NCBI RefSeq assembly: GCF_000400465.1
Contig: NW_008806284.1
Coordinates: forward strand, 20,001-268,000
Direction of reading: 5' to 3'
DNA: 248,000 nt
Source of the DNA: Wallemia ichthyophaga EXF-994
Lineage: Eukaryota > Fungi > Basidiomycota
A program made the position numbers and the translations under genes. Shown here one piece after another: positions 149,879 through 163,800 of this stretch. The notes beneath the pieces are model-generated. The model made no database searches. It was not told the DNA's origin and saw only the letters and a list, made by a program, of their open reading frames with translations. The stretch's first letter is position 1. Each line of letters begins with the position of its first letter.

Positions 149879-152800
149879 CATGGCAAAAAACGCAAAGTCA
149901 TCTGCAACGGCAGGAAGTGAGTGTAGCTGCCGATATTAACACCACTCTAACGTTACAGCGCGTAAAAAGCAGGCCGCTAAGAAAGGCGAGGGCGAGCAGC
150001 AGCCCACGAAACAGCAGCAACAGCAGCAGGGAAAGAAGAAGTACACAAAGAAGCACGGTATCGGTCAGTCTAAGCCACCGCCACCGCCAAAGAGATACAT
150101 TCCTCCCCCAAAGCCGCCACGCCCTGCTCCAGATCCACTCGAGGCTTGGGGACTGGCGAGTGTCCTCCCAGCGGATTTGGTTGTTATTTTAAAAAGATTC
150201 AGTAAGAAGGACGCCACCACTAAAATTAGAGCTGTCGAAGATCTACAAAGCTGGGTCGCTGACGTCGACAACAGAGAAGGCGGCACAGAGAGCTTAGTGG
150301 TGGCGTTGCCAGTTTGGGTGTGTAGTGGTTTCATTGAAAGCACTGAGCTAACCACTCACAGCTTCACCACCTCCCTTCAATGCTCCTCGCTTCGAATAGA
150401 AGACTGAGGCAGGTTGCCTTGAGCCTCAATTTGGCACTGTCTTCGCCCAACATTAACGACGTTAGATCCAATATGCTCTACACTATTAGCGAATCTAGCT
150501 ACGAGTCCTCGTTGGGCGCGTGGCTGCTTGCTAATCCACAATCATGGCTCAGCAATACCACATTCGAGGAGGTCCCAGAAGGAGACGACCGCATTCAGCT
150601 TCTCGAGGAATATCAACTTGAACCTCTCATTAATTACATCAGCGCAGCTATTCGCTCTCCGTACCTCCTCCTGCCGACTGCTGGTACACCTGGTACACCA
150701 CTCACAGAAGCTAAAAAGGATATAATGGCTGAGCAGGAAGAGAATTACAAGTCTAAAGACGCTCGTATCAAATCAGCTGGTTTGAATGCCTTGGGTTATC
150801 TCATTACGACCATTCCTCAAGGCTTCGACGTGCAAGGACTGCTTAGGGACCTGATTGACTCAGGTGCAATTGCCGAGTGTTTCAATGCTCCCGAGGGTGA
150901 AGAGATTGTCAGGAGGTCTGTTTGGAGTCTTCTTCTACCGCTCTTGAAAAGAGACGAAGGTAAGCTAATCGAAAGCAACCTCCATTCGTTCGCTCCAGTC
151001 ATTATCAACAACGCTTTCAACGAGAATGACTCCACTGTCACATCTGTCATGTTTGATGGTCTGCTAACGTTCCTCCATCGCTTCCCGTCTGCATGGACTA
151101 TCGCAATCGATGAGGAGCAAGATGATAACCAAGATGGGGAGAGGATACCAAAATGTCTTAGCAGTCTGCTCACCTTTTTAGAGCTCGGCTGTAGAGCAAG
151201 TCCACCTCAGGTAGCCTACTCAAGCTTGCTGGTTATTCTCATGACTATGCCAAAGGAATACCTCACTCAATCAACACTATCAAGACTGTTGGTAGCCTTC
151301 TTAGCACCTCTTTACTCAAACATATTCCCTTCACCGCCTGTCCTTCAAGCTAGACATGCTGAGGCTCTTTTGAAGTCAATTACGGAATGTTTGGTGGCGA
151401 TTGTTGCAAATGTAGTTGAGTCAAGAGATACTGGCCTTGAAGTCGCAACAGAGTGGATCAAAGCTATTTGGGAGGCGTTTGTCACTTCACCAACACGTGA
151501 TGCTAAGCTGCTCAAGGCTAACGTTGTCGGTCCTACTCTCCAAAATGCATTTAAAAAACTCCACACAGTTCAGGAGCAGAATCTCGATAGTGCTGTAGAT
151601 ACAGTCGAGGAAATTACATTGGATTCTGAAGACGTCTCAAGAAGCACTGAAGTATTGTGTGAAATGGTGAAATCAGCCGATGGCGCGATTGAAAATAGAT
151701 TTGCAGGTCTTCTAGAGAAATTAGTAAATAATTCGCTCAATGAACAAGCCGAAGCCAATCTCGATGTCATTGTGATTGCTTTGAGAGGCATCGAGTGTAT
151801 CAGCATCATTGAGGGGGTCTTGCAACAGCTCGACGACTTTATCACGGTGACCTTGCCAACTCTTGTCGCTGGCCAGAGCTCATCAGAAGCAACTGACCTG
151901 CTACTTGCCTATATCGCCAAACGCGACAATGGTAATATGATTCAGCAGGCTTGGAAAGGCGTACTTAGTGCTGAACCATCACTCGATGTCGTCGCTAAGC
152001 TTCTAGATGCAAACGCCAATGGTGACCTGGATGGGAAACAACTCGAGGGCGCCAGCACAATGGCTGGAATTGACGAAATGGCCTTGCTCTTGGCCAACAG
152101 GGACATTGAAGGCGATTCAGATCAAGTAGAGAAGCGAGTCATTAACGGTATTCTACAATCAAGTGATAAGTTCATAAGTACAGTAATGCACGGATCCATC
152201 GAGCGTCTCTATATTGATTCTTTCAGAGGCAGTGTTTACTCCAAACTCTATCGCAATTCAAATCACCGTGATGTCAATTTGTCAACTATCAAACATGCAA
152301 GCATCGATGTTCTCGTACAGCTTGCCAAAGAAATATTTATCGAAGCTTACATTGTCAATGAGGACGCAACGGCTAGAGACCTTTGGAGCAGAGTTTATAA
152401 TGTGGAGAAAGTTTTCTCAGCTGTCAAAGATTTCGTTTTTGGCTTGATATCAGATGTGAATGTTTTGGCGGAGTAAGTGGCGGTTATACAATGCTGTTCA
152501 CTTTACTGACCTCCCCCCACAGACCCAAGACGATATTTAATGCATTTTATCAACATTTGATAAAGTATGAGTCTAATGATGAGCACGTGGCTCAACAATT
152601 CATCAATTCCCTTAGCGCTCAATATGATCTTCAACTGGACCTTCCATTGCCCTCTGCCTTGGCCGTTCTTGACGAGCTCGTCCCTCACACCTCCGAGTAC
152701 GATGACACCGCACCAAACCACACCGAGTACGACGAAAGGGGTCACTCAAGTCTCATTAGGAATATCGAAGGGCTTCTCAGCTACTTTACGGCTGATATGT

Positions 152801-155030
152801 CAATTGCTGTGAACAACGCAAGTGCACTCATCAACTTTTTCGGCGCATTGAGACTCGTTGAGGATGAGATGAGCATTAGAGGATGCACTAGTGCTTTCTC
152901 TAAAGAGAGCGATATGGAATCATTGGCAACTATACACGATTCTCTGAGGACGAGCGTTGCTTACACACTCTACAAAATTAGTTCCAGTGTCGATCAAAGT
153001 GCACTGATAAGGGTAATTAGGAGTGGCGGAGAGGCAAATGATTCACTTTCAGTGGCTCTCAAAACACTTTATTACGATGGAAGAGTGAACAGCCTGAGAC
153101 TCTTCCGCGACATGCTTCATGGCGTGCTCCAACGTGTTGAGGACGTCGATGGCGACAGGTGGTTGGGTATGACTGGTGAGGAGTATACAAAGGCCAATGG
153201 AGAGCACAGGGCAAAAGCTCTGCTGTTATCTGTCAAATCTTACACCCTGTCTTCACCACGTCTGGCAAGACTGCAGAATGAGATAGCATCCAAACTTACC
153301 AGCATCTCGGCAGCTGATGCCTCAGAACAAGGTTTACCATTGTTGAGATTGCTGATCAGTGCTGCGCCACCATTGGACGCTGAAGAAGGTCTGCTTCCTC
153401 AACAAAGAGCGCTCTATCTGCTTAAGTGCTTGCGCGAGTGGGTAATGAGTGATGAAGATCTAGATGAGGAACTTGACGGCAGATTGTCTGAGTTGTTTAT
153501 TCATCTTGTTCCGGTTATACAAGGAGTCGACGGTTCACACTGGGATTTGATATTCGACTTGGTGGAGGCTAACATTGAGATCGCATCGTTGGACGAGGGC
153601 GTACTACTCTATAACTCGCTTAGACTGTTTGAACAGCTTATGACTCTATCAAAGACCAACTCGGCACTCAGCAACATCTGGAAAGATAGGCGTGCAATTG
153701 CATTTGAGCACCTCCGCACTCTGTTCTTGAGCTTAGGCGACGACAACGGCGTTACATCGACTAGGCCGCGCAATGTATGCGAAGATCTCGTTCTTAAATT
153801 GGTCCAAGCTGTTCCTAAGGATCTTATCTCTGAGGAGAGTTTCGATCCGATGGTCAAGATGCTCAACAGCTACTCTACAGAAGTCCGCAAAGTGGCACAT
153901 AGGTTGTTATACAGACTTATCAAGACTCAAGTTGAGAAAGCAGCAGTGGATAGTGCAGTGGATAGTAGCTACGAAGTTAAACTACCGGAAGTACTAACGG
154001 AGAAAATAAGCGAGAGAATAACTTACTCGATAGACGATGTGGTAAAGAATGAGAATGTCAGAAAGCACGTCTTCTACTTATTGCTGGTGTGGGATGTTAC
154101 ATTCTGTCACTTCAATCACGCTTCTGATGCTATGCGCGCTAAATATAACGAGCAATTCCGTCAAAGTGGTGTCATCGGAAGCGCATTTTTGCCGCTTATT
154201 TTCACTGTGATGGGACTATTTGATAAGAACAAAACGATCGATTTATCCGGATACCTGATTGATGAGTTTTACGTACAGTACTACGAAAGCGACGAATACA
154301 CGCCAACTGCTGTACTCGCCGCTTTTGTTTTTTATAAATCATTGAAGTATAGCTCTGGCCATGTTAGGGCGTGGTGGACATCTAACCAGAACAGACAACT
154401 GTCTATGGTAGTTAATGGGGTGACGTCAAGGTATTTCAGTCCTCAGATCATACACGAAGAGCTTAAGCAACTGCGTAATCCAGTCTCACTGAAGGAGTTA
154501 CAGACCGAGGCGTTTAGTATAAAGGTTGCGCAGAACGCAAGTGAAGTTACAGCCACTTACATTGTCGATGAGCAGCCGATGGAAATGGGAGTAAAGCTAC
154601 CGCAACTATTCCCGCTTGAGCCGGTTGAGATAAGGAATATAAGGAGAGTTGGCGTCAACGAACGACAATGGAGAGCATGGTTGTTGGCCGTACAGCAAGT
154701 GATTGGCTCACAATCTGGACCTTTATTGGAGGCTTTGAGTTTGTTCAAGAGAAACGTCAGCTTACACTTTGATGGTGTGACTGAGTGTGCCATTTGTTAC
154801 TCGTGGGTGGTACTACTTGTTCTCATAGCCCAACTAACACAGCAAAGTATCGTTCAAACTTCTGATCGCTCGCTGCCATCAAAGAAATGCAAAGTTTGCA
154901 GTAACAAATTCCATGGCGCTTGCTTGTACACGTGGTTCCAATCCTCGACTGTGAGTTTCGATGTCCTGTAGATGGCGAAGCTAACCGAAATACAGTCATC
155001 TACATGTCCGTTGTGTCGTCAAATATGGTA
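149879..155030 (+). CDS. RKR1: RQC E3 ligase Ltn1/listerin
   Basis: KRFSKKDATTKIRAVEDL; C-terminal HFDGVTECAICYS..CKVCSNKFH..CL. Confidence 0.92.
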
Positions 155031-155147
155031 ACATTGTAATTGATTTAATAGACTTTATATACATTGATATTGCGTAATACATTCTTGTTGGAAGCACACC
155101 GCCATGATCCCGCGAGGCGCTGGAATAGCGACGAGAGTAAGAAAATA

Positions 155148-157212
155148 ATGTTTGCTAAAGCTTCTGGCTGACAATATTACTAGGGCTGTCTGCGATTACG
155201 GTTACGGCCTTGTGGCAGCGGTTATCAGTCATTGCGGATACAGTTACCGTGGCAACAACTGAGATGGCACGCACATATGTCCAACAGTACACCCAAAATT
155301 GAGGCGAAACAGCCCATCAAAGCACAATCACAGCAAACGGAATCCGTCGAGAAACCAACGAATGATATCACCACGAAGCAGCAGAGACAGATGGACTGGA
155401 ATATAATAAAGTTGCTCATAAAGAATATCTGGCCTAAAGGAGACAACAAGACGAAAGTCCGCGTCAGTTTGGCAGTAGCTCTGCTCATTTCAGGCAAATT
155501 GCTTAATGTGCAAGTGCCATTTTTCTTCAAGAGTATAGTGGATACACTGAATATAGAGCTAGATCCGAGCATGACAGTATGGGCTGTCTGCGGCTCTGCT
155601 ATTGCCGGCTATGGTCTTGCGAGGATTGGATCGACGACATTCAACGAGTTACGTAATGCAGTATTTGCAAATGTAGCACAAAGAGCGATAAGGAGAGTTT
155701 CAGGGAATGTATTTCGTCATCTTCTCAGTCTCGATTTGGGCTTCCACTTGAGCAGACAGACTGGCGGTCTCACTCGTGCCATCGATAGAGGTACAAAGGG
155801 AATTTCATTCTTACTTACATCTATCGTATTTCATATTATACCAACTGCACTCGAAATTTCGATGGTATGTGGAATTTTGTCTTACAAATTTGGACCAAGT
155901 TTCGCTGGTATTACTTTGGCTACTATGCTCGCATATAGTTGGTTCACTATTAGAACAACTTCGTGGCGTATGCGCTTTCGCAAGGAGGCTAATGCGGCTG
156001 ACAATGCTGGTGCAAATGTTGCAATTGACTCGCTGCTCAACTACGAAGCTGTGAAACACTTTAACAATGAAACCCACCAGGCAAAATTGTACGATGGGAC
156101 GTTGAAGAAATACGAGGATGCATCACTTAAAGTTGCAACATCGCTAGCTTATCTTAACAGCGGACAGAATTTCATCTTCTCTACTGCACTGACTGCAATG
156201 ATGGTACTTACTGCACAGAATGTACTCGCTGGAACAATGACGGTTGGAGATTTGGTACTTGTCAACCAACTCGTTTTCCAACTCAGTGTGCCTCTCAATT
156301 TTCTAGGCACAGTCTACCGCGAGTTGAGACAGAGTCTGATAGATATGGAGACACTATTCAATTTACAGTCTGTAGATATAAACGTAAAGTCGAAAGAAAG
156401 TGCGCCTCCTATTCAACTCAAAGGTGGTAACATCAAGTTTGAGAATGTACAGTTTGGATATCACCCAATACGCCCGATATTCAAAGATGTCTCATTTACG
156501 ATCCCAGCTGGGAAAAAGGTAGCAATAGTGGGACCATCAGGTGGAGGAAAGTCAACAGTTTTTAGACTATTGTTTAGGTTCTACGACCCAACATCGGGTA
156601 GAATAACGATAGATGGGCAGCCAATTGAGCAAGTTGATATGGAAAGTCTGAGGAAAGTAATAGGAGTGGTTCCACAGGATACAGCGCTATTCCATGCTGA
156701 CGTAATGCAAAATGTGCGATATGGAAGACTGGATGCTAGTGATGAGCAAGTAAAGGAGGCAGCTCGGAAGGCGCAAATGGGTAAGTTGATAGAGAGTCTA
156801 CCTGAAGGGTGGAGTACGAGTGTTGGGGAGAGAGGAATGATGATTAGTGGAGGAGAAAAGCAGCGACTGGCGATTGCGAGGGTCTTTTTGAAGGATGCGC
156901 CAATATTATTCTTCGATGAGGCAACTTCGTCGTTGGATACAGAGACCGAGAGAGAGTTGCTGAACAATATCAAGGAGGTGCTTGGCAGCAAAGCGCGTAC
157001 GAGTGTGTTTGTGGCACATAGACTTAGAACGGTCTCAGATTCAGGTGAGTGAGTTTGAGTGTCAAGTATGTATCGACTAACACGATACAGATCACATAAT
157101 AGTACTCAGGGACGGATATGTGGATGAGGAAGGAGATCATGATGAGCTGATGAAGCGTGGAGGAACATATTATAAAATGTGGCAGCAGCAGCAGCTTGAG
157201 CAAGCAGTTTGA
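155148..157212 (+). CDS. ATM1: Mitochondrial ABC transporter Atm1
   Basis: [28 protein letters not shown]. Confidence 0.96.
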
Positions 157213-157728
157213 AATGAATAGAGAATGAATGAATATCGATAAGAATTACTCTTCTGACTCGTCTGAAACTTGTGAGCGATGGAAAGTGCCTCTCTGGGTT
157301 GTGGATTCGCCCTTTCTAGCGCCAATCCAGTCCCATTTCTCCTGGTTAGTATATTAGTGTGTAAGAATAACCAAAAACCAATTCAACTAACATCAGTATA
157401 CTTTGCCAATGTGAAAATACCCGCAGGAATAACCAAACCAAAAGCGATAATCTTATTTGAGATAGGTCTAGTCATTTTGAAGTGTTGGTAAGTGTGTTCG
157501 CGCTGTGTTTAATTAGACTGGCTGTCTGCGCCTATTCAACCAAATGCTAACCATATGATTCCATCTCTCTGCAGCTGGATCGAGCTAAAACTAAAGTTAA
157601 TCTAAATTATTTAATTTAATATTCATCTCACTTTAACCGTGTGGAATTCTCCGTGTCCTCCCATTTTTGATGTTGGTTGTGTGTGGATGAGAGTTATTCT
157701 GCCATTTGCTCCTTGATCAGCTACACCC

Positions 157729-160022
157729 ATGAGCTACAATGATTATGACAATGATGGCTACTACGACGCCTACGACGATGAATATTCTACACGTTCTCGC
157801 AAGCCAACCAATTACAGCTTAGGCGTCCCCTCCTACAATCCCCGCTACAAAGGATCTAATTACCGCGAAGAGCCAATCAAATTGAGTGCAGAAAATGACC
157901 ACGTCATTATCCTTGGCTTTGAGGATTACTGGACTGAAGATGACGTGCGAAGATGACGCTGTTCCTCACCCCAACACTCACTGACTGTTCCACACAGCTG
158001 AGGCTTGCTATCGAGACCCTTGGTGGTAGCGTTGAAACCACTACAATCATCAAGGAGAAAGGCACTGGTGGGTTGTTATATTTGTTTGTCGAATTCCACT
158101 CACTATCCCACTCCTCACCAGGTATCAGCCGTGGTTTCGGTTTCGCTAAATTCACTTCCACCGCACATGCCTCCGCTTTCGTCAAACCCCGTTTCCCCAG
158201 TTTCCAGTTGCCTGGTTCTGCCCTCACACAGAAGATCGACTTTAGTGCTTCTGCTCAAGCTAACGAACAGCGGCGGACAGGTCACAACAAAAACGACGGT
158301 ACCCGCGATATTGGTAATGTTCCCAGTCGTATCGTACTACTCCGCGGTCTAGACGCCGACAGCACCGAGTTTGATGTCGAGTATGCCCTCAAATGCGCAC
158401 AAGCCAAGCCTAAACGCGTTGCATTGATACGCGATCGCGAGAATGACCTTAGCTTTGGCTTCGCTTTTGCAGAATTCCCAAACGTTGCCGCTGCTCAGGC
158501 ATTTATTGCTAAAACCCTTTCTCCTGATGTCTACCCAATCGGGTTCAGAATACAGGATAAATTGGTAGCATGTACTTTCGCACTCGAGTTGAGTCTTTCA
158601 GGCTTAGAGGCACCTAAAGGTCTCAATGATGGTATTCGCTATTGGGACGGCACCGGGAAGCCGTGGATAATAGATTGCGATGAGGGCTGGCTCGAAGCTG
158701 CGCAGAAAACAAAGAAGAAACAGAGTGAGTGTGAGACGATTGCATTCTGGGCAGCGCGCTGAGTGGTTATTTAGAAGTAGACAACGGTACTAGAGGCGTC
158801 TTGCACGGCTTGGTACCTCAAGGCCCGCCATCTAAAGCAGAGCAGAGCAAGAAACCAAAGGCATTGAGCAAGACTTCGACAGGCCCCATTAAGATTGGAA
158901 TAGGTGGTGGCGCTGCGAGTGCTCTGGCATCTGGTTCGGCTACTCCGGCTGCATCTGCTACGTCTGCTCCGTCTACTGCTGCCCCTCAACACAACCCAGG
159001 CAAGCCGAAACACATCTCTATATTGGGACAGGATGAGTCAGACGATGATGATGTTAGTGGTGTCGATCCGACGTGAGTAGAATAGCGTTGTTTGACTTGT
159101 GACTTGCTCAAACATTCACAGCGCTCCTGACGATAAGTCAAAGAAAACAATTCCGCAACTAGCTACCAATAAGAAAGTAGGTTGAGTCGGATTTTTTGTC
159201 ACAGGAACAAGCTGACAGTTTAAAGACTGCGTCTAAAATCAATCTATGGAATCAAAAGCAGGGGGAGTTGAGAACGACAATGAATGAAAGTGGTGATGAG
159301 ACGAAGGCGACGGGTGAGGTAGGTGTTGTTGGTGTTATTTTGGCAAGCACTGACGTGAGATTAGAATAGAGCAGCAGCAAATGGACCTGAAGCCGACGCA
159401 CCAGCGGTCAATGCAACTCCAGCATCCAAAGACAGCAATGAATTAACAAGCTTTGATTATTCAGATACGTCCAAAATGGCTTGTTTACTCTGTCAGCGTC
159501 AGTTTAAAGCTTTAGATATACTGCGCAAGCACACTGCACAGTCCGATCTGCACAAGGTGGGTTGGGAGCGTGAGGAAACTTGCAAGCAATCTCACACATG
159601 CATCACAGAACAACCTCAAGAATGAGCAAGCGTGCGAAGCGGGCAAGCAGCGTAAATGGACAATCAGCCCCAAGTACACTGACAGGGCAGTGAAGCGTCG
159701 TGAAGTATACGGCCAGCCTGATAACCCAGTTGGAGGGCCAAACAAAAAGAGGAAGAGTGAGGGCGTAGACGTGAGTGCGGCTGGACCAAGTGAAGAAGCA
159801 GTGGATAAGGGAAAGAATCTGCTCGAGAAGATGGGATGGAATCAAGGAGCGGGATTGGGGAATAAGAATGATGGGATAGTCAACCCAGTTGAGAGTCTCA
159901 TCTATGAAGGTAAAGCGGGTCTGGGGGCGAGTAAGGGCAAGGATATTGGATATGCTGGTAGGGGATATCTAGAGAATGCTAGAGTAGCAGCGAAAGAGAG
160001 GTATGAAGATGATAAGTCGTAA
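157729..160022 (+). CDS. RBM5/10-like RRM, Zn-finger and G-patch protein
   Basis: SRGFGFAKF, SFGFAFAEF, CLLCQRQF, GKNLLEKMGW. Confidence 0.85.
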
Positions 160023-160839
160023 GGTATTGATGGATTATTTTGTATTGAAATGCTTGATAATCAAATTTTCATGAGATGATTTATAGAGTTAAATGATGAT
160101 GAAGGAAGGAAAGATGACATTTGAGTAATACTGGCTTACTTTTAGTTATTTAAAAGACATAAATGGTTTCATAAGATGACAATCACGATTGAAACTGCGG
160201 TTGGAGATAAAGGCGAGGTGTTTGAGGCGTGTTTAGGTATACGAATGAAGGGTCAGTAGGGAACACATGTGTGTGATTACAAGTTGAGATATATTCAGTA
160301 TTCGTACAAGAACAAGGGTTTGTAGATGAGATTGATAAGTTAGTTTCTGCGTCGGGTGTTTTAAAGGCTTACGTGTATTTCAGTAATGAATCAGCTGCGA
160401 TACACATACTAGCTTTAGATCAAGGTAAACCAGTTGGTACTGTTAGATTGGTGTTGAAGAATGAAGAGAAATGTAAATTAACAAGGTTGGCTGTGTTAAG
160501 TGAATACAGTTAGTTATATTTCCTGCTGATGAATCCCTTTAAATCTTAAACACTTGAACTTACAGGAAAATTTAAACTTGGTGGAATGTTAATAGAGACA
160601 CTGATAAACAAAGCAAGACAACTCCAATTGAAAGAGATTATCTGCCATTCTCAATTGCCTGTCGTTGGTCTCTATCAGAGGTATGTCACCCCCACTTGAC
160701 TCATATTCCCGATGTCAATCCATCCCAGGTACGGGTTTCAAGTTTTTGGTGGTAAATTTGATGAGGATGGTGCACCACACCTTCCACTAAACTTGCACTT
160801 GTAGATAAATCAAAATTTTCAATTTTATCATCTAAATTT

Positions 160840-163800
160840 ATGCCGCTGCTGACTTACATTCATCAGGAAAATAAAAAAATAATGAGGGGCAAGAAGACGG
160901 TAAAGCAGCCACAGCAGCCACAGCAGAGGCGTAGATCTTCAAGGAGCAGTGTAGTTCAACAGCGCAGGGATTCAATGGATAGCGCCAGTGCTAGTGCGAG
161001 TGGAGCTAGCACATCGACACCAACAAAGCCAGTATCACCGCATTCATCACCTATTATACAGAGAGTATTTAATACGACTTCAATACCTGCTATAGGCGCA
161101 TTACCCATTCAATTCGATCAAGAAGGTGATCCAATTCCTTATACAACAACAGCGAATTCTGCAACTGCAGGCAAATCTACAATCCCAATACCACCATCCC
161201 AGCCATTGGACTTGAATAGAGTTAGATTAGAAGCTCCACATGAGCCTAGTAGAACTAAGCACAGAATGTTCAATTTGCCTCATTGTCCTGTCTTCTATCC
161301 AACTGAACAGGAATGGAATCTTAACCCTTTTGAATACTTGGAATCCTTATCCGATAATCATAAGGCTTATGATTACGGTATTTGTAAGATTGTACCACCA
161401 CCCAACTGGAGACCTGAATTCAGCTTGGATTCCAGTAGATTTAGGTTTAGAAGCAGATCTCAGAAGCTAGACACTGTCACTGCTTCTGCTAGAGTCAAGC
161501 ATAATTACTCAAAGCAATTGTTTCGCTTCCATGACCAGAATGGCTCAAATTTATCACCTAATCCACACGTAGATCATCGCCCAATTGACCTTTATAAGCT
161601 CAAAGTTGATGTTGCTAGTTTGGGTGGTTTCGATATGGTTAGTTGGTTTAATCATCTTGATTCCCACTCATTTCCACTTTCACAGGTTGAAATCTCTAAC
161701 CAATGGTCACTCATCGCTAAAGAACACGGATTAAAAAAAGTCAAACCTTTCGTTCAACCTTTTAGACAAGCTTACATTGATTACATTAAGCCTTACGAGA
161801 CTTTTATCTCAACTTTCAAGGCTAAATCTGACAAGGATCGTCAAGGCGAAATTGATATGAGTTTTGATGACATGGACAACATCAAATATAGGCTCAATGG
161901 CGAAAACAGCTATGATGAAATCAACAAGTCCGAGATCAACAACGGCGGCGATCAAATATTGCAAAATGTCGACCTCGAACAGGGCTCGGCGCTCCCGAAA
162001 AGACTTGTTATGGATCAATCCCCACAAACTCCAATGATTGCGTCTCCTTCACCCAACAAATCAAGCATCAACTCCAAATATCACCCTTGCTCAAATTGTC
162101 AGCGCAAAGACAACGACGTAAAACTCCTCGAGTGCCATGAATGCGAGAAATTTTTCCATCTCAGTTGTCTCATCTACCCACTTAAGATGAAACCTGCAGT
162201 TAGTGAATGGTTCTGCGATGGTTGTCTTTATGGTAGTGGTGAATACGGTTTCGACGAAGGTGAAGACCACTGCCTCGCCAGTTTCCAAGCACGTGATGAA
162301 GAATTCAGAAAGTTTTGGTTCGAGACACACCCACCACTGATGAAGGGCCGTGTCGCACCTAATGGTATTGAGCAGCGCCTTGGCAATCGCATAGTCTCCG
162401 AAGACGACGTTGAGAAAGAGTTCTGGAGGCTCGTTGACTGTCCTGAAGAAACAGTACAGACTGAGTATGGAGCTGATATTCACACTACGGAAACAGGCAG
162501 TGCTTTTCCTACTCTCAAGACCAACCCCACAAGTAAATACGCCACTAGTGGATGGAATCTAGAAAACATGCCAGGATATGAAGGCTCAATTTTGAGTTAC
162601 ATTAAGAGCGATGTTAGTGGAATGACCGTGCCTTGGATTTACGTTGGCATGATGTTTTCTACTTTCTGCTGGCACAATGAGGACCACTATACTTACTCTG
162701 TCAACTACATGCACTGGGGTGAAACCAAGACGTGGTACGGCGTGCCTGGAAAGGATCATGAGGCTTTCGAAGAAGCTATGAGGAATTCTGCACCTGATCT
162801 TTTTAAACAGCAACCAGACCTTCTCCTTCAGTTAGTCACTCTTGGTAACCCCGGTCAACTTAAGGAGGCTGGTGTACCTATGTATGTATGCGACCAACGT
162901 CCAAATGAGTTTGTTATTACGTTCCCGCGAGCTTTCCACTGTGGCTTTAACCATGGGCTGAATTTCAACGAGGCTGTTAATTTCGCACTCCCTGATTGGA
163001 TTCCTGAAGGAAAAGCATGTGTGGAGAAATACAGATCTCTCAAGCGCAATCCCATTTTCTCGCACGATGAGCTGCTCATTACTATACTCAATAAAGGATT
163101 CGAGGACTCGACTTGGATATATCTCAAGGATGCCGTACTTGATATGCTCAACGACGAGGTTGAAAGTAGGAGGCGGTTTGCAACAATTGGAGGGAGTGTG
163201 GAGGCAGTCGAAAGATATGTCAATGAGGATGATTACCAATGCTGCAACTGTCGCGCTTATACGTATCTCTCACAGCTATTCGATAAAGAAACCAAGAAGA
163301 TATATTGTCACAAACATTTTGACACTTTCGTCGAGAATACCCAGCCAGATAATAGACTGATGAGAGTCAGATACAGTGACGAGGAATTGGATAGCTTTGC
163401 AAAGATTGTGACCGATCACAAGCAGCAGAATCCGGAATGGATTAATAGCACTAAAGAGCTATTGGGCAGTGAAATGAAGCATAAACTACAAGACCTCAAG
163501 AATCATCTTAAAGGAGCAGTTGGAGTTCCGCAGCGTTCACCAGAGTACGCTCAATTAAAAAGCCTTATACGTGAAGCTGAATTGTGGATCTTCCAAGCAA
163601 ACAACTTCTGGCTAATGAGACAGAATGAGCCTTTTGATATGAGGGACACATTCGACGGTAACACTAGCAAATTTAACAAGTACGAAACGTTAACAGCTTT
163701 GGTGTACTCGCCACTCAGACAGAGAATCGACGTTGATACGTATTTTCAACATTTATACTCTTTAGAGAAGATCAAAGAGGAGCTTGACTGGGTGATTGAG